NCBI GenBank assembly: GCA_016209985.1
Contig: JACQVB010000022.1
Location: 1,664-65,663, forward strand
Source: Gemmatimonadota bacterium
GTDB lineage: Bacteria > Gemmatimonadota > Gemmatimonadetes > Gemmatimonadales > GWC2-71-9
Reading direction: 5' to 3'
DNA: 64,000 nt
The notes beneath the pieces are model-generated. The model was not told the DNA's origin and did not search any database. It was given only the letters and a program-made list of their open reading frames with translations. Each line of letters starts with the position of its first letter. Position 1 is the stretch's first letter. Of the stretch, positions 36,587-45,668 are shown piece by piece. The translations under genes were made by a program, and so were the position numbers.

Positions 36587-38686
36587 ATGCGGGTGTACCC
36601 AGGACAAGCGATTCGGAATGTGGCCGTACTCGGCCACGGCGCGAGCGGAAAAACCACCCTGGTAGATGCTCTCGCGTTCGTGGCCGGCTCGAGCAAGCGA
36701 CATGGTTCCGTAAAAGACGGAACCGCCCTCACAGACTACACCCCGGACGAGATCGAACGACAATACTCCATCAATCTGGCGCTCGCCCACGCGGAATGGA
36801 TGGACGCCAAGATCAACCTCATCGATACGCCCGGCTATCTCGACTTTGCCGGTGAGGCGCTGGCCGGCGTCTACGCCGCCGACGCCGCCTTGATCGTGGT
36901 GAGTGCCACCGGCGGCGTGGAAGTCGGTACCGAGCAGGTCTTCGAGTTTGCCGAACAGCGTGGCATCCCCCGGATGTTCTTCGTGTCGCTGATGGACAAG
37001 GAGCACGCCGATTTCGACCGCGTGTTCAACGACATCGCGGAGCATCTGACGCCAAAGGTGATCCCCATCGAGATCCCGGTCGGCGATGGCCCGGACTTCC
37101 ACGGGATCGTCAACCTGTTCTCCAAGAAAGCGCATCTCTACAAGAAGGGGACCAAGGCGGGCGAGTACGAGGAAGTCGATGTCCCGCCAGAATACGTCGA
37201 GCGGTTCGAGCAGTATTCCCAGAAGCTGCTCGAGGCCATCGCGACGACCGACGACGCTCTCCTGGAGCGCTATCTCAACGGCGAGGAGATCAGCCGCGAT
37301 GAGACGCTGGCCGCCATGAAGGCCGGCATGGCCAAAGGCGAGCTGTGCCCGCTGCTCTGCGGATCCGCCGAGCTGACCTACGGGATGCAGGCCCTGCTCT
37401 CCAAACTGGTGGAGCTGGTCCCGTCCCCCACGGAGCGCCCGCCGGTCGAGGGGAAGACCTGGGGTGAGGCCCAGCCCATCACGCTGACCGCCCAGGACGA
37501 CGGTCCCTTCGTGGCGCACGTATTCAAGACCGTGTCCGAACCGCACGTGGGAGACGTCACGTTTTTCCGGATCGTTTCCGGCTCGATCAACAACGGCACG
37601 GATGTATTCAACGCGCCTCGTGACTCGGTCGAGAAGCTCAACCACCTTTCGGTGTCCCAAGGCAAGGACCGGACCGAAGCCCCGATGCTGCATGCCGGGG
37701 ACATCGGATGTGTCGCCAAACTGCGGAATACCCACACCAACGACACGCTCTCGACCAAGGCGGTGCCGGTCGTCCTGCCCAGGATCCCGTTCCAGGAACC
37801 GGTGATCACGTTGTCGATCGAGGTGAAGCAACGCGGGGAAGAGGACAAGCTCTCCACCGGTCTCCAGAAGCTGCATGAGGAAGACCCTACCTTCCATCAC
37901 GAGTACAACGGCGAGCTGGGTCAGACACTGATCCGGGGCCGCGGCGAGCGGCACCTGGAGATTCTGGTCGGCCGGCTGGCGAGGAAGTTCGGGGTCCATG
38001 CTACGCTCGGGAAACCCAAGGTTGCGTATCGCGAGACGCTCAGGGGGAAAGCCGAGGGCCAAGGGAAGCACAAGAAACAGAGCGGCGGGCGGGGCCAATT
38101 CGGCGATTGCTGGATCCGGCTCGCCCCGCTCCCCCGCGGGTCAGGTTTCGTGTTTGACGATCAAATCGTGGGTGGGGTGATTCCCCGCCAATACATCCCG
38201 GCCGTGGAACGAGGCATTGTGGAAGCCGCGGCGCGAGGCTCGATCGCCGGCTTCCCCATGGTCGACTTCAAGGCCGAGCTGTTCGACGGCTCCTACCACG
38301 ACGTGGATTCAAACGAAATGTCGTTCAAGATGGCGGGGATTCTGGCGTTCCGGAACGTGGCGCCCAACGCCCGGCCGGTGCTCCTGGAGCCGATCGAAGA
38401 AGTGGAAGCGTGGACCCCGGAGGAATACCTCGGCGCCGTCATGGGAGACCTATCCGCTCGCCGCGGGCAGATCCTGGGCAGCGAGCGCGACGGCCGCCTT
38501 ACCAAGGTCAAAGCGCTGGTCCCTGAGGCGGAGCTGGACCGGTACGCCACCCAACTCCACTCACTCACCCACGGCCGGGGAACCTACCGGCAGAAATTCC
38601 ACGCCTACCAGGAGACACCGCCGGAAGTGACCGCCAAGGTGGTGGAGGCGCACAAGAAGGAGCTGGAGGCGGCGGAGAAGAAGTAG
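36587..38686 (+). CDS. Elongation factor G paralogue (EF-G-like GTPase)
   Basis: G-domain AVLGHGASGKTT, DTPGYLDF and SLMDKE, plus EF-G domains II-V. It is not in an rpsL-rpsG-fusA-tuf context. Confidence 0.85.
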   Translation: MRVYPGQAIRNVAVLGHGASGKTTLVDALAFVAGSSKRHGSVKDGTALTDYTPDEIERQYSINLALAHAEWMDAKINLIDTPGYLDFAGEALAGVYAADAALIVVSATGGVEVGTEQVFEFAEQRGIPRMFFVSLMDKEHADFDRVFNDIAEHLTPKVIPIEIPVGDGPDFHGIVNLFSKKAHLYKKGTKAGEYEEVDVPPEYVERFEQYSQKLLEAIATTDDALLERYLNGEEISRDETLAAMKAGMAKGELCPLLCGSAELTYGMQALLSKLVELVPSPTERPPVEGKTWGEAQPITLTAQDDGPFVAHVFKTVSEPHVGDVTFFRIVSGSINNGTDVFNAPRDSVEKLNHLSVSQGKDRTEAPMLHAGDIGCVAKLRNTHTNDTLSTKAVPVVLPRIPFQEPVITLSIEVKQRGEEDKLSTGLQKLHEEDPTFHHEYNGELGQTLIRGRGERHLEILVGRLARKFGVHATLGKPKVAYRETLRGKAEGQGKHKKQSGGRGQFGDCWIRLAPLPRGSGFVFDDQIVGGVIPRQYIPAVERGIVEAAARGSIAGFPMVDFKAELFDGSYHDVDSNEMSFKMAGILAFRNVAPNARPVLLEPIEEVEAWTPEEYLGAVMGDLSARRGQILGSERDGRLTKVKALVPEAELDRYATQLHSLTHGRGTYRQKFHAYQETPPEVTAKVVEAHKKELEAAEKK

Positions 38687-38776
38687 GCGGGTCGGCGGGT
38701 CGCGTTCCCGATTGAATGCATGCAAACGGCGCGGAGAATGAACCCCGCGCCGTTTCTGCCACCCGCCGACCCGCCT
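38683..38776. repeat. Nested hairpin: outer GGCGGGTC-unit arms enclosing a GC hairpin (likely bidirectional terminator, 38723-38753)
   Basis: taggcgggtcggcgggt ... acccgccgacccgccta. The inner hairpin is aaacggcgcgg-N9-ccgcgccgttt. It lies between convergent genes. Confidence 0.7.
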
Positions 38777-39947
38777 ATTTCTTTCGCTTCCCGTTTTTCT
38801 TCCCGTTCCCGTTCTTCCCGGGTTCCATCTCGAAGCTCGGCAGGAATCCGTATTCGGGCTCGTGCACGCCGGCGCCGACCAGGGCTTCTTCGGTGCGGGG
38901 CTGCTTCCAGACGTAGCGCTTGCCGCGGAAATTCCGCATCACGACCTGCTCGTCGGTAATCTCCTCGACATACTCGGGGAGCAGCGGGATCTTGCCGCCG
39001 CCGCCCGGCGCGTCGATCACGAAGTGCGGGACCGCCAGCCCGCTGGTCCAGCCTCGCAGGCCCTTGACGATTTCCAGGCCGGTCTCGACCGCCGTGCGGA
39101 AGTGCTCGGTGCCCGCCACCTGGTCGCACATGTAGATGTAGTAGGGGCGGACCCGCGCGGTCAGCAGCTTCTGCATCAGCTTCTTCATCACCTTGACATC
39201 GTCATTCACGCCCTTGAGCAGCACGGTCTGGCAGCCGAGCGGAATCCCGGCGTCGGCCAGCATTCCCAGGCCCTTGACCGCGGCGGGGGTGAGCTCGTCC
39301 GGGTGATTGAAATGTGTGTTGATGTAGAAGGGGTGGTACTTCTTCAGGATCGCGCACAGCTCCGGCGTGATCCGCTCGGGAAGATGGCATGGCACGCGAG
39401 TCCCGATCCGGATCACCTCGAGGTGCGGAATCTGCCGCAGGCGGCCGATGATCTGATCCAGCCGCCGGTCCGAGAGTAGCAGCGGATCGCCCCCGGACAT
39501 GATCACGTCACGGATTTTGGTGTGGCGCTCCAGATACTGGAACGCGCTCTCGAACTGCGACATGGGAATCTTCTCGGGGTCGCCGACCTTGCGCCGGCGG
39601 GTGCAGAACCGGCAATAGGCGGCGCACACCGGGCTCACCAGGAACAGCGCCCGGTCGGGATAGCGATGAGTGATGTTGGGGACCGGGCTGTCGGCGTCTT
39701 CGTTGAGGCTGTCGACGATGCCGTCCACTACTTCCAGCTCCTGCAGATCCGGGACGTATTGCCGCCAAATCGGGTCACCCGGTTCCTTGATCAGGTCCAC
39801 CATCGCCGGAGAAATCCGGAACTCGAAGTTGTCCGCGGCCTGCTGGAGCCGCTCGAGGTCGGGAAAGTGTTCCGCTCCGAACCGGTCGACCAGCTGCTGG
39901 AGCGAACGAACGCTTCGCTCGTGCAGGAGTTTCTGCCAGTCAGTCAT
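38775..39947 (-). CDS. kamA: KamA-family radical SAM lysine 2,3-aminomutase
   Basis: CAAYCRFCTRR radical-SAM cluster and overall KamA-like sequence. ATG at 39947 (MTDWQKLL). Lys-rich C-terminal tail. Confidence 0.85.
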   Translation of the reverse strand: MTDWQKLLHERSVRSLQQLVDRFGAEHFPDLERLQQAADNFEFRISPAMVDLIKEPGDPIWRQYVPDLQELEVVDGIVDSLNEDADSPVPNITHRYPDRALFLVSPVCAAYCRFCTRRRKVGDPEKIPMSQFESAFQYLERHTKIRDVIMSGGDPLLLSDRRLDQIIGRLRQIPHLEVIRIGTRVPCHLPERITPELCAILKKYHPFYINTHFNHPDELTPAAVKGLGMLADAGIPLGCQTVLLKGVNDDVKVMKKLMQKLLTARVRPYYIYMCDQVAGTEHFRTAVETGLEIVKGLRGWTSGLAVPHFVIDAPGGGGKIPLLPEYVEEITDEQVVMRNFRGKRYVWKQPRTEEALVGAGVHEPEYGFLPSFEMEPGKNGNGKKNGKRKK

Positions 39948-40458
39948 TCGCAATCTCCCTTGGGGGACCGAGGCGTTTGATGTAGACCACGAGGTCGTCA
40001 TTGGGCGCGTAGAAATCCGGCACTCGCGCCGCTACCTCATAGTTCAAGGCCTCGTAGAACGCGCGGGTGGGGTCGTAATCGCCCCGGGATGAGGTCTCGG
40101 CGACGATCAGTCGCCCGCCTTCGCCCGCGATACGCTGCTCCGTCCACTGTGCCAGCTTCCGGCCGACGCCCTGACGATGGGCGCCGGGGTCTACCGCGAT
40201 CCAATAGAGATCCCAGGTACCGACCGTGCACGGCGTCGGGCCGTAGCACGCAAAACCCAGCAGATTGCCTTCTTCGTCGAACGCGCCGAGCGGGGTGTAA
40301 TCCGTGCCCGGCGCCAGCGCGGCGCTCTCGAACACTTCCTCGGCGATCTCCACCTCTTCCGGGCGGAAGAGGCCGGTGGCCTCCACGATCTCGCGGGCCC
40401 GCGCGCGATGTTCGGGGCCGGGGATGCGCAACGTCACTATCCCGGGTTTCACCGTCAT
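39940..40458 (-). CDS. Small GNAT-family acyltransferase
   Basis: 172 aa. Acetyl-CoA motif HRQGVGRKL. 8-nt overlap with kamA and ATGA overlap with the upstream gene. Confidence 0.8.
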   Translation of the reverse strand: MTVKPGIVTLRIPGPEHRARAREIVEATGLFRPEEVEIAEEVFESAALAPGTDYTPLGAFDEEGNLLGFACYGPTPCTVGTWDLYWIAVDPGAHRQGVGRKLAQWTEQRIAGEGGRLIVAETSSRGDYDPTRAFYEALNYEVAARVPDFYAPNDDLVVYIKRLGPPREIAND

Positions 40459-41468
40459 CCCGTTTTCCTGGCCCTGGCTGGGGCCGCCAGCCGTTCCACC
40501 GAGCGCTTGCCGTGCGCCGCGGCGGTGGCGTGGTCGACGATCCGCATCACCAGCTCGGGGTACGACCATCCCTTGGAGCTGGCCATGGCCGACAACCCGG
40601 CGTCGTCCGAGATGTCCGGATTGGGATTGACCTCGAGGATCCAGGGCTGGCCGGAAGGGTCCACCCGGAGATCCACCCGGCCGTAACCGCAACCGCCTAC
40701 CGCTCGCCAGGCGGCTTCCGCGATCGCAATGATCCGCTTCTCGAGATCGCGATCCACCTTGGCGGGACACACCGGCCGGCTGCCTACGTCCTCGGCGCAG
40801 CCCTTTTCCCACTTGGCCGCGAACGAAAGAATCCGCCAGCTGCCTTTGGGCATGTGGCCGAAGTCGATCTCGGAGATGGGCAGTGTGGTGTGGCCCACGA
40901 AGCCCACCGCGAACTCGCGCCCGTCCACGTACTCCTGGACCAGCACTTCTTCGAAGGCCTCGCTTTGCTGGGCGATTCGCGCCTCCAGCTCGGCCCTGTT
41001 CTTCACCACCGACGACTGCTCGATTCCGACGCTGGCGTCTTCGGACGAAGGCTTCACGATGGCCGGCAGGGGAAAGTCACGGGGCACCTTGTGACCGCGG
41101 GGGACCACCCAGCGCGGAATGGGCAGGCCGGCGGATTCGAGCAGCGCGTTCACCACCGACTTGTTATGGCAGACGGTGATGGTCCACGCCCTCGCTCCGG
41201 TCGCCGGAATCCCGGCCAGCTCGATGGTCGCCGCGACCAGGTCTTCCCACTTCCCGATCCCGTTGATGCCTTCGCAGAGATTGAAAATGAGATCGGCCGC
41301 GCGGGCCGCGCCCAGCCAGCGCAGATCATGTCGCACGCCGACGCGGGAGACCTCGTGACCGGCGGCGGAGAGGATTTGAGCGATTTCGTTGACCGGCTTC
41401 ATGACCGAGGAGATTTCCTCCGCGGTCCAATCGGTCGCCACGCCGTCGTAGAGGATGACGACTCTCAG
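40455..41468 (-). CDS. ATP-grasp ligase, D-Ala-D-Ala-ligase-like (start probably CTG 41468; first ATG is 41402)
   Basis: Ddl-like pattern (PAIVKPSSEDASVGI, EEVLVQEYVDGREF, LEVNPNPD). A conserved-looking first strand RVVILYDG lies upstream of the first ATG. Confidence 0.7.
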   Translation of the reverse strand: MRVVILYDGVATDWTAEEISSVMKPVNEIAQILSAAGHEVSRVGVRHDLRWLGAARAADLIFNLCEGINGIGKWEDLVAATIELAGIPATGARAWTITVCHNKSVVNALLESAGLPIPRWVVPRGHKVPRDFPLPAIVKPSSEDASVGIEQSSVVKNRAELEARIAQQSEAFEEVLVQEYVDGREFAVGFVGHTTLPISEIDFGHMPKGSWRILSFAAKWEKGCAEDVGSRPVCPAKVDRDLEKRIIAIAEAAWRAVGGCGYGRVDLRVDPSGQPWILEVNPNPDISDDAGLSAMASSKGWSYPELVMRIVDHATAAAHGKRSVERLAAPARARKTG

Positions 41469-42550
41469 CGTGCCGCCCCGGCCAGGCCAACTGGCACCTT
41501 CAGGTCTCGTCCGGTGAGCCGCCGCCAGGCGATGCGGACGACCCCATGGATCAGCTCGTCGTACGACATCCCGGCAGCAGCGGCGGCACGGGGGAAGCAG
41601 CTGTTCTCGGCCAGGTTCGGAATGATTCCCGGAAGCGGATTGATTTCGACCACGTGCGGAACGCAGGCGTGGTCCAACCGGATATCGACCCGCCCCCAAT
41701 CCCGGCATCCCAGGGCCCGATAGGCGGACACCGCGGTGGCGCGGATGGCCTGCTCGGTCGGGGATGAGATGTCGGCCGGACACTCCAGCACTTCCATGGG
41801 TGTCTCCGGACGGTCCCACACCCACTTGGCCTCGTATCCCATTACCGGCAGCGCCCCCCCAGGAAGCTGGTCGAACCGGTAGCGGATGATCGGCAACACG
41901 CTGATTTCGGCTCCGTTCCCCATGATCGAGACCGTGAACTCCTCGCCTGGCAGGTACGACTCGGCCAGCACCGGTTGCCGGTAGGCCTCCAGCAAGAATT
42001 CGGCCCGTTCCACCGCCGCGTCCGGAGTTTCGGCGTAATTCGCCTGGCTGATTCCCTTGGACGACCCCTCCCACACCGGTTTCAGGAACACGGGATAGAT
42101 CTTGGCGCGCTTGAGGACCGGCAGATCGGCCGCCGACTCGACCAGGACGAACGGAGCGGTGGGGATGCGACGGTGAGAAAGGACTTCCTTGGTCCGGGCC
42201 TTATGGAGCGCCAGCGCCAGCGTCAGCGGATCACTGCCGGTGTAGCGGACGCCGAGAAACTCGGCAACCGCCGGCACGTGCGCCTCGCGGCACGGGCCGC
42301 TGCTTCCCTCCGCCATGTTGAAGAGAAGATCGGGTCGCGTGAGCGCGAGCGCGGCCGGGAAATCATCCAGTGCTTCGAGGAGAACGACGTCACCGAAGGC
42401 GCGGAGCGCATCGGCCACCGCTTGAATGGTGGTCGGATCGTCCCACTCCACGTACGCGTCGTCAGTACTGGGAGGGTCTCTTGGATCGGGGAGCTTGTTC
42501 TCCGCCGAAATCGCGTCTGGACGTTGGTTGTATGCGAGCCCGAGGCGCAT
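41465..42550 (-). CDS. ATP-grasp ligase, D-Ala-D-Ala-ligase-like
   Basis: VFLKPVWEGSSKGI, LAESYLPGEEFTV, VVEINPLPG. Confidence 0.8.
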   Translation of the reverse strand: MRLGLAYNQRPDAISAENKLPDPRDPPSTDDAYVEWDDPTTIQAVADALRAFGDVVLLEALDDFPAALALTRPDLLFNMAEGSSGPCREAHVPAVAEFLGVRYTGSDPLTLALALHKARTKEVLSHRRIPTAPFVLVESAADLPVLKRAKIYPVFLKPVWEGSSKGISQANYAETPDAAVERAEFLLEAYRQPVLAESYLPGEEFTVSIMGNGAEISVLPIIRYRFDQLPGGALPVMGYEAKWVWDRPETPMEVLECPADISSPTEQAIRATAVSAYRALGCRDWGRVDIRLDHACVPHVVEINPLPGIIPNLAENSCFPRAAAAAGMSYDELIHGVVRIAWRRLTGRDLKVPVGLAGAAR

Positions 42551-42581
42551 CGAACTCCGTATCGGAGTTATCGTTGCGCAA

Positions 42582-42611
42582 CAGAATAAGAAAAGATGAA
42601 TGGATATGCAA
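42582..42611 (-). promoter_or_regulatory. Candidate sigma70-like promoter for the ATP-grasp/GNAT/kamA operon
   Basis: On the minus strand: TTGCAT, 18 nt, TATTCT, in a locally AT-rich 100-bp gap after folA. Confidence 0.3.
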
Positions 42612-42652
42612 TAGACTTTTTCGGTTTACTCGACGACCGAGGTTGGTGCGTC

Positions 42653-43144
42653 TCATTCCCTCACCCGCCCATAGCGCCGAAAACTGAATGGGTATGCATG
42701 TCGTTCGTCCACCGGATGCCGTTCTTCCTCGATCAGGGTCCATTCCGTCGGAGAAAACTCGGGAAAGTGCGCGTCACCGGCGATTGCGGCGTGCACCACA
42801 GTCAGGTAGATCCGGTCGGCCACCGGGAGCGCCTGCCGGTAGATGTCTTCGCCCCCCGCCACGAATACTTCCTTTTCCTGGCGGGTCAGTGCCAGGGCCT
42901 GTTCGAGGTCATGCACCACTTCGACCCCGGCGGATCGCCACTCGGCCAGCCGGGTGAGCACGATGTTGCGGCGCCGTGAGAGAGGTTTCCCGATCGTATC
43001 GAACGTTTTCCGGCCCATGATCACGCTGTGGCCGGTAGTGAGCGCCTTGAATCGCTTGATGTCCGCCGGCAGATGCCAGGGCAGCGTGTTGTTTCGCCCG
43101 ATGACCCGGTTTTCCGCCATCGCGGCAATGAGCGACAGAATCAG
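42653..43144 (-). CDS. folA: Dihydrofolate reductase (start probably CTG 43144 or ATT 43141; first ATG is 43120)
   Basis: [23 protein letters not shown]. The conserved N-terminal strand LILSLIAA lies upstream of the first ATG. Confidence 0.85.
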   Translation of the reverse strand: MILSLIAAMAENRVIGRNNTLPWHLPADIKRFKALTTGHSVIMGRKTFDTIGKPLSRRRNIVLTRLAEWRSAGVEVVHDLEQALALTRQEKEVFVAGGEDIYRQALPVADRIYLTVVHAAIAGDAHFPEFSPTEWTLIEEERHPVDERHAYPFSFRRYGRVRE

Positions 43145-43935
43145 ACGGCGACCTTGGCGGGAATGTGGGGGTGAGGCTGGTAACCCTCCAGCTCGATATC
43201 CTCGAACCCGAAGTCGAAAATCGAGCGCACCCCGGAGTTCAGACGCACCACCGGGAGCGGTCTCGGCTCACGGGTCAATTGTAGTCGCGCCTGCTCCAGA
43301 TGGTTTACGTAGAGATGCGCATCCCCCAGCGTGTGGATGAACTCGCCGGGTTGCAGGCCGGTGACCTGGGCCATCATCACGGTCAGCAGCGCGTAGGACG
43401 CGATGTTGAACGGGACGCCGAGGAATACGTCGGCGCTTCTCTGATACATCTGACACGACAACCGGCCGTCCACGACGTAGAACTGGAAGAGCACGTGGCA
43501 AGGCGCCAGCGCCATGCGGGGGATGTCGGCGACGTTCCAGGCGCTCACCATCAGCCGCCGGGAGTCGGGCGCCGTCCTGATCTGCTCCACCACCGCGGCG
43601 ATCTGGTCGATATGGCTGCCGTCCGGCGCCGGCCAGTTGCGCCACTGAACGCCGTAGACCGGACCCAGCTCGCCGTTGAGGTCCGCCCACTCGTCCCAGA
43701 TCCTGACCCCGTGGTCCTTCAGGAACCGGGTGTTCCCTTCGCCTCGCAGGAACCACAGCAACTCATAGGCGATCGACTTGAAGTGGAGCTTCTTGGTCGT
43801 AAGCAAGGGAAATCCCTCGCTGAGATCGAAGCGGGACTGATACCCGAAGACGCTCAACGTCCCGGTGCCCGTGCGATCGTTTTTTGGGCGTCCGTGTTCC
43901 AGAATGTGGCGGAGCAGATTCAGATACTGCTTCAT
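43141..43935 (-). CDS. thyA: Thymidylate synthase
   Basis: [41 protein letters not shown]. The longer 655-aa ORF is an artefactual upstream extension. Confidence 0.95.
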   Translation of the reverse strand: MKQYLNLLRHILEHGRPKNDRTGTGTLSVFGYQSRFDLSEGFPLLTTKKLHFKSIAYELLWFLRGEGNTRFLKDHGVRIWDEWADLNGELGPVYGVQWRNWPAPDGSHIDQIAAVVEQIRTAPDSRRLMVSAWNVADIPRMALAPCHVLFQFYVVDGRLSCQMYQRSADVFLGVPFNIASYALLTVMMAQVTGLQPGEFIHTLGDAHLYVNHLEQARLQLTREPRPLPVVRLNSGVRSIFDFGFEDIELEGYQPHPHIPAKVAV

Positions 43936-45611
43936 GTCGGGGCGACGCCGGGCGAGACCAGGTCGGTCTTGGGGATGTTCCAGGCGGCGGTGCGCTCGAT
44001 GGTCCGCAGCCGCTCTTCGATCTCCGGCGGAATGGGCGGGGTACCGCTCCCCACCTTGAGATCGGTGATCGGGCTGCTTCCGGGCGTCGGGACGATGACC
44101 CCGGGATTGAAGATTCCGGCCGGATCGAACGCCTGCTTCACCTTCTCGAACAGCTTCATCACCTTCGGGCCATACAGCCGGTAAAGCAGCGGGGCGCGGA
44201 GCCGGCCATCCCCGTGCTCCCCGCTCGTGGTCCCTCGAAGCTCGGCCACCAAGCCGGTCACGTCGTCCAGGAGCCGCGCGATTCGACCCGGGAAGGCATC
44301 GTCCCGGGTATCGGCCAGCACGTTGACATGGAGATGGCCGTCGCCGGCGTGGCCGAAAGCGACGATCTCGAGTCCGGCGCGCCGGGCTGCCGCACGCACT
44401 CCCTGGATGTAGCGTCCCAATGCCGCCAGGGGCACGCATCCGTCCTCGATAATCTGCAGCGAGCGGCGATGAGGAGGGAGCGACGCGAGCGCGGGGCTGG
44501 CTGCATGGCGCACGGTCCAGAGTCGCTCGCGATCCTCCGGTGAAATCGCCGTTTCCAGGAATGGGCATCGGCTGCCGAGCTTGGTTCTTACCTTGGCGAT
44601 CGCAGCTTCGGCCGCACCATCTTCCTTGCGTTCGAAGTCCACCAGCAGGACGGCTTCGACATCGCCCACCACGAACGGAATACCCGGGCCGGCGACCTCG
44701 AGGAGGGTGCGATCCATCAGCTCGATCGCGGCGGGCTCCAGCTCGATCAGCTGGCGAATCACTTCCGGCAGCTCGCCGAGATCGGCGATCGCCAGCAGCG
44801 CCGAGGATACGCTCTTGGGAACGGGTTCGAGATCGAGCTCGATCCGGGTGATCAGGCCGAGGGTTCCCTCCGACCCGATGAGAAGGTCCAGCAGGTCGCC
44901 GGTAGCGAGATAGCGGTCCAAGGCGTAACCGGAGGAGTTCTTCCGCGTTTGCGGGAACCGCGCTTCGATCTCCACGGCTGAACCAAGGAGGTCCGGATGG
45001 ACCTCGGATTGGAACCGCTGGATCGCGGCCAGATTCCGATCCAGCCCGCGACGCTCGCCCCGGAAGGCCTCCCGCACCGGCCGCCGATCCGCGGAGCGGG
45101 CAAACCACCCTACTTCGCCCTCGGCCGTCACCAGCTCGACCCCCCGCACCCAGCAGCGAATGCTGCCGGAGCGCAGCGTGCGCGCGCCGGAGGCATTGGT
45201 GGCGACCATGCCGCCGAGGGTACAGAAGGCTCCGCTGGACGGGTTGGGACCGAGTCGCAGGCCAACCTGATGGGCGGCGCGGTCGAGCGCAGCCCAGGTC
45301 ACTGCCGCTCCCACGTTGGCATATCCCTTCGCAGACACGACCAGCGGAGACGCAAACTCTCGCAGGTCCACCACGGTTCCCGGCCCGACGTTATTGCCGG
45401 GCAATCCACTGCCTGCGCCCCGGGGAATCAGCGAACCGCCCTGCGCGGCGGTGTGACGCACCAGCGCGCATAGATCGTCGACGTTGCTCGGAATCGCTAC
45501 TGCTTGCGGGATGATGCGATACGGCCCGGCGCCCTCACTATAGGCGGCCCGGGTGGGAAAGTCGGTAGGGAACGCGCCGTGGAAATGAGGTGGGGGGGTC
45601 GGGGTCGGCAT
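43932..45611 (-). CDS. FAD-linked oxidase (GlcD/D-lactate dehydrogenase-like)
   Basis: FAD_binding_4 pattern [11 protein letters not shown] plus a C-terminal FAD-oxidase domain. ATGA overlap with thyA. Confidence 0.8.
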   Translation of the reverse strand: MPTPTPPPHFHGAFPTDFPTRAAYSEGAGPYRIIPQAVAIPSNVDDLCALVRHTAAQGGSLIPRGAGSGLPGNNVGPGTVVDLREFASPLVVSAKGYANVGAAVTWAALDRAAHQVGLRLGPNPSSGAFCTLGGMVATNASGARTLRSGSIRCWVRGVELVTAEGEVGWFARSADRRPVREAFRGERRGLDRNLAAIQRFQSEVHPDLLGSAVEIEARFPQTRKNSSGYALDRYLATGDLLDLLIGSEGTLGLITRIELDLEPVPKSVSSALLAIADLGELPEVIRQLIELEPAAIELMDRTLLEVAGPGIPFVVGDVEAVLLVDFERKEDGAAEAAIAKVRTKLGSRCPFLETAISPEDRERLWTVRHAASPALASLPPHRRSLQIIEDGCVPLAALGRYIQGVRAAARRAGLEIVAFGHAGDGHLHVNVLADTRDDAFPGRIARLLDDVTGLVAELRGTTSGEHGDGRLRAPLLYRLYGPKVMKLFEKVKQAFDPAGIFNPGVIVPTPGSSPITDLKVGSGTPPIPPEIEERLRTIERTAAWNIPKTDLVSPGVAPT

Positions 45612-45638
45612 GAGTCACCCAATCTAAATCGGGAGACT

Positions 45639-45668
45639 GAGTGGCGCAGTGCGCAGAATGCAGAGGCA
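45639..45668. repeat. Weak tandem 7-8 nt units (GTGCGCA-like)
   Basis: gtggcgca gtgcgca gaatgca gaggca. Confidence 0.3.

Noticed and set aside
36587-38686. Annotating the EF-G-like gene as canonical fusA and linking it functionally to the kamA operon (EF-P-style beta-lysylation idea).
   Set aside because: The gene is not in the str-operon context, its G-domain sequence diverges from canonical EF-G, and it is convergent to kamA rather than co-transcribed. No EpmA or efp is present. The link would be speculation.
40455-42074. Single 539-aa ORF covering the second ATP-grasp gene.
   Set aside because: The N-terminal ~200 aa are an out-of-frame read of the first ATP-grasp gene. Ddl-like homology begins at ..RVVILYDG just after the upstream gene's stop codon.
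43141-45108. 655-aa ORF ending in thymidylate synthase.
   Set aside because: Only the last 264 aa (from ATG 43935) are ThyA. The upstream 390 aa are an Arg/Pro-rich alternative frame of the FAD-oxidase gene. The ATGA overlap at 43932-43935 marks the real boundary.
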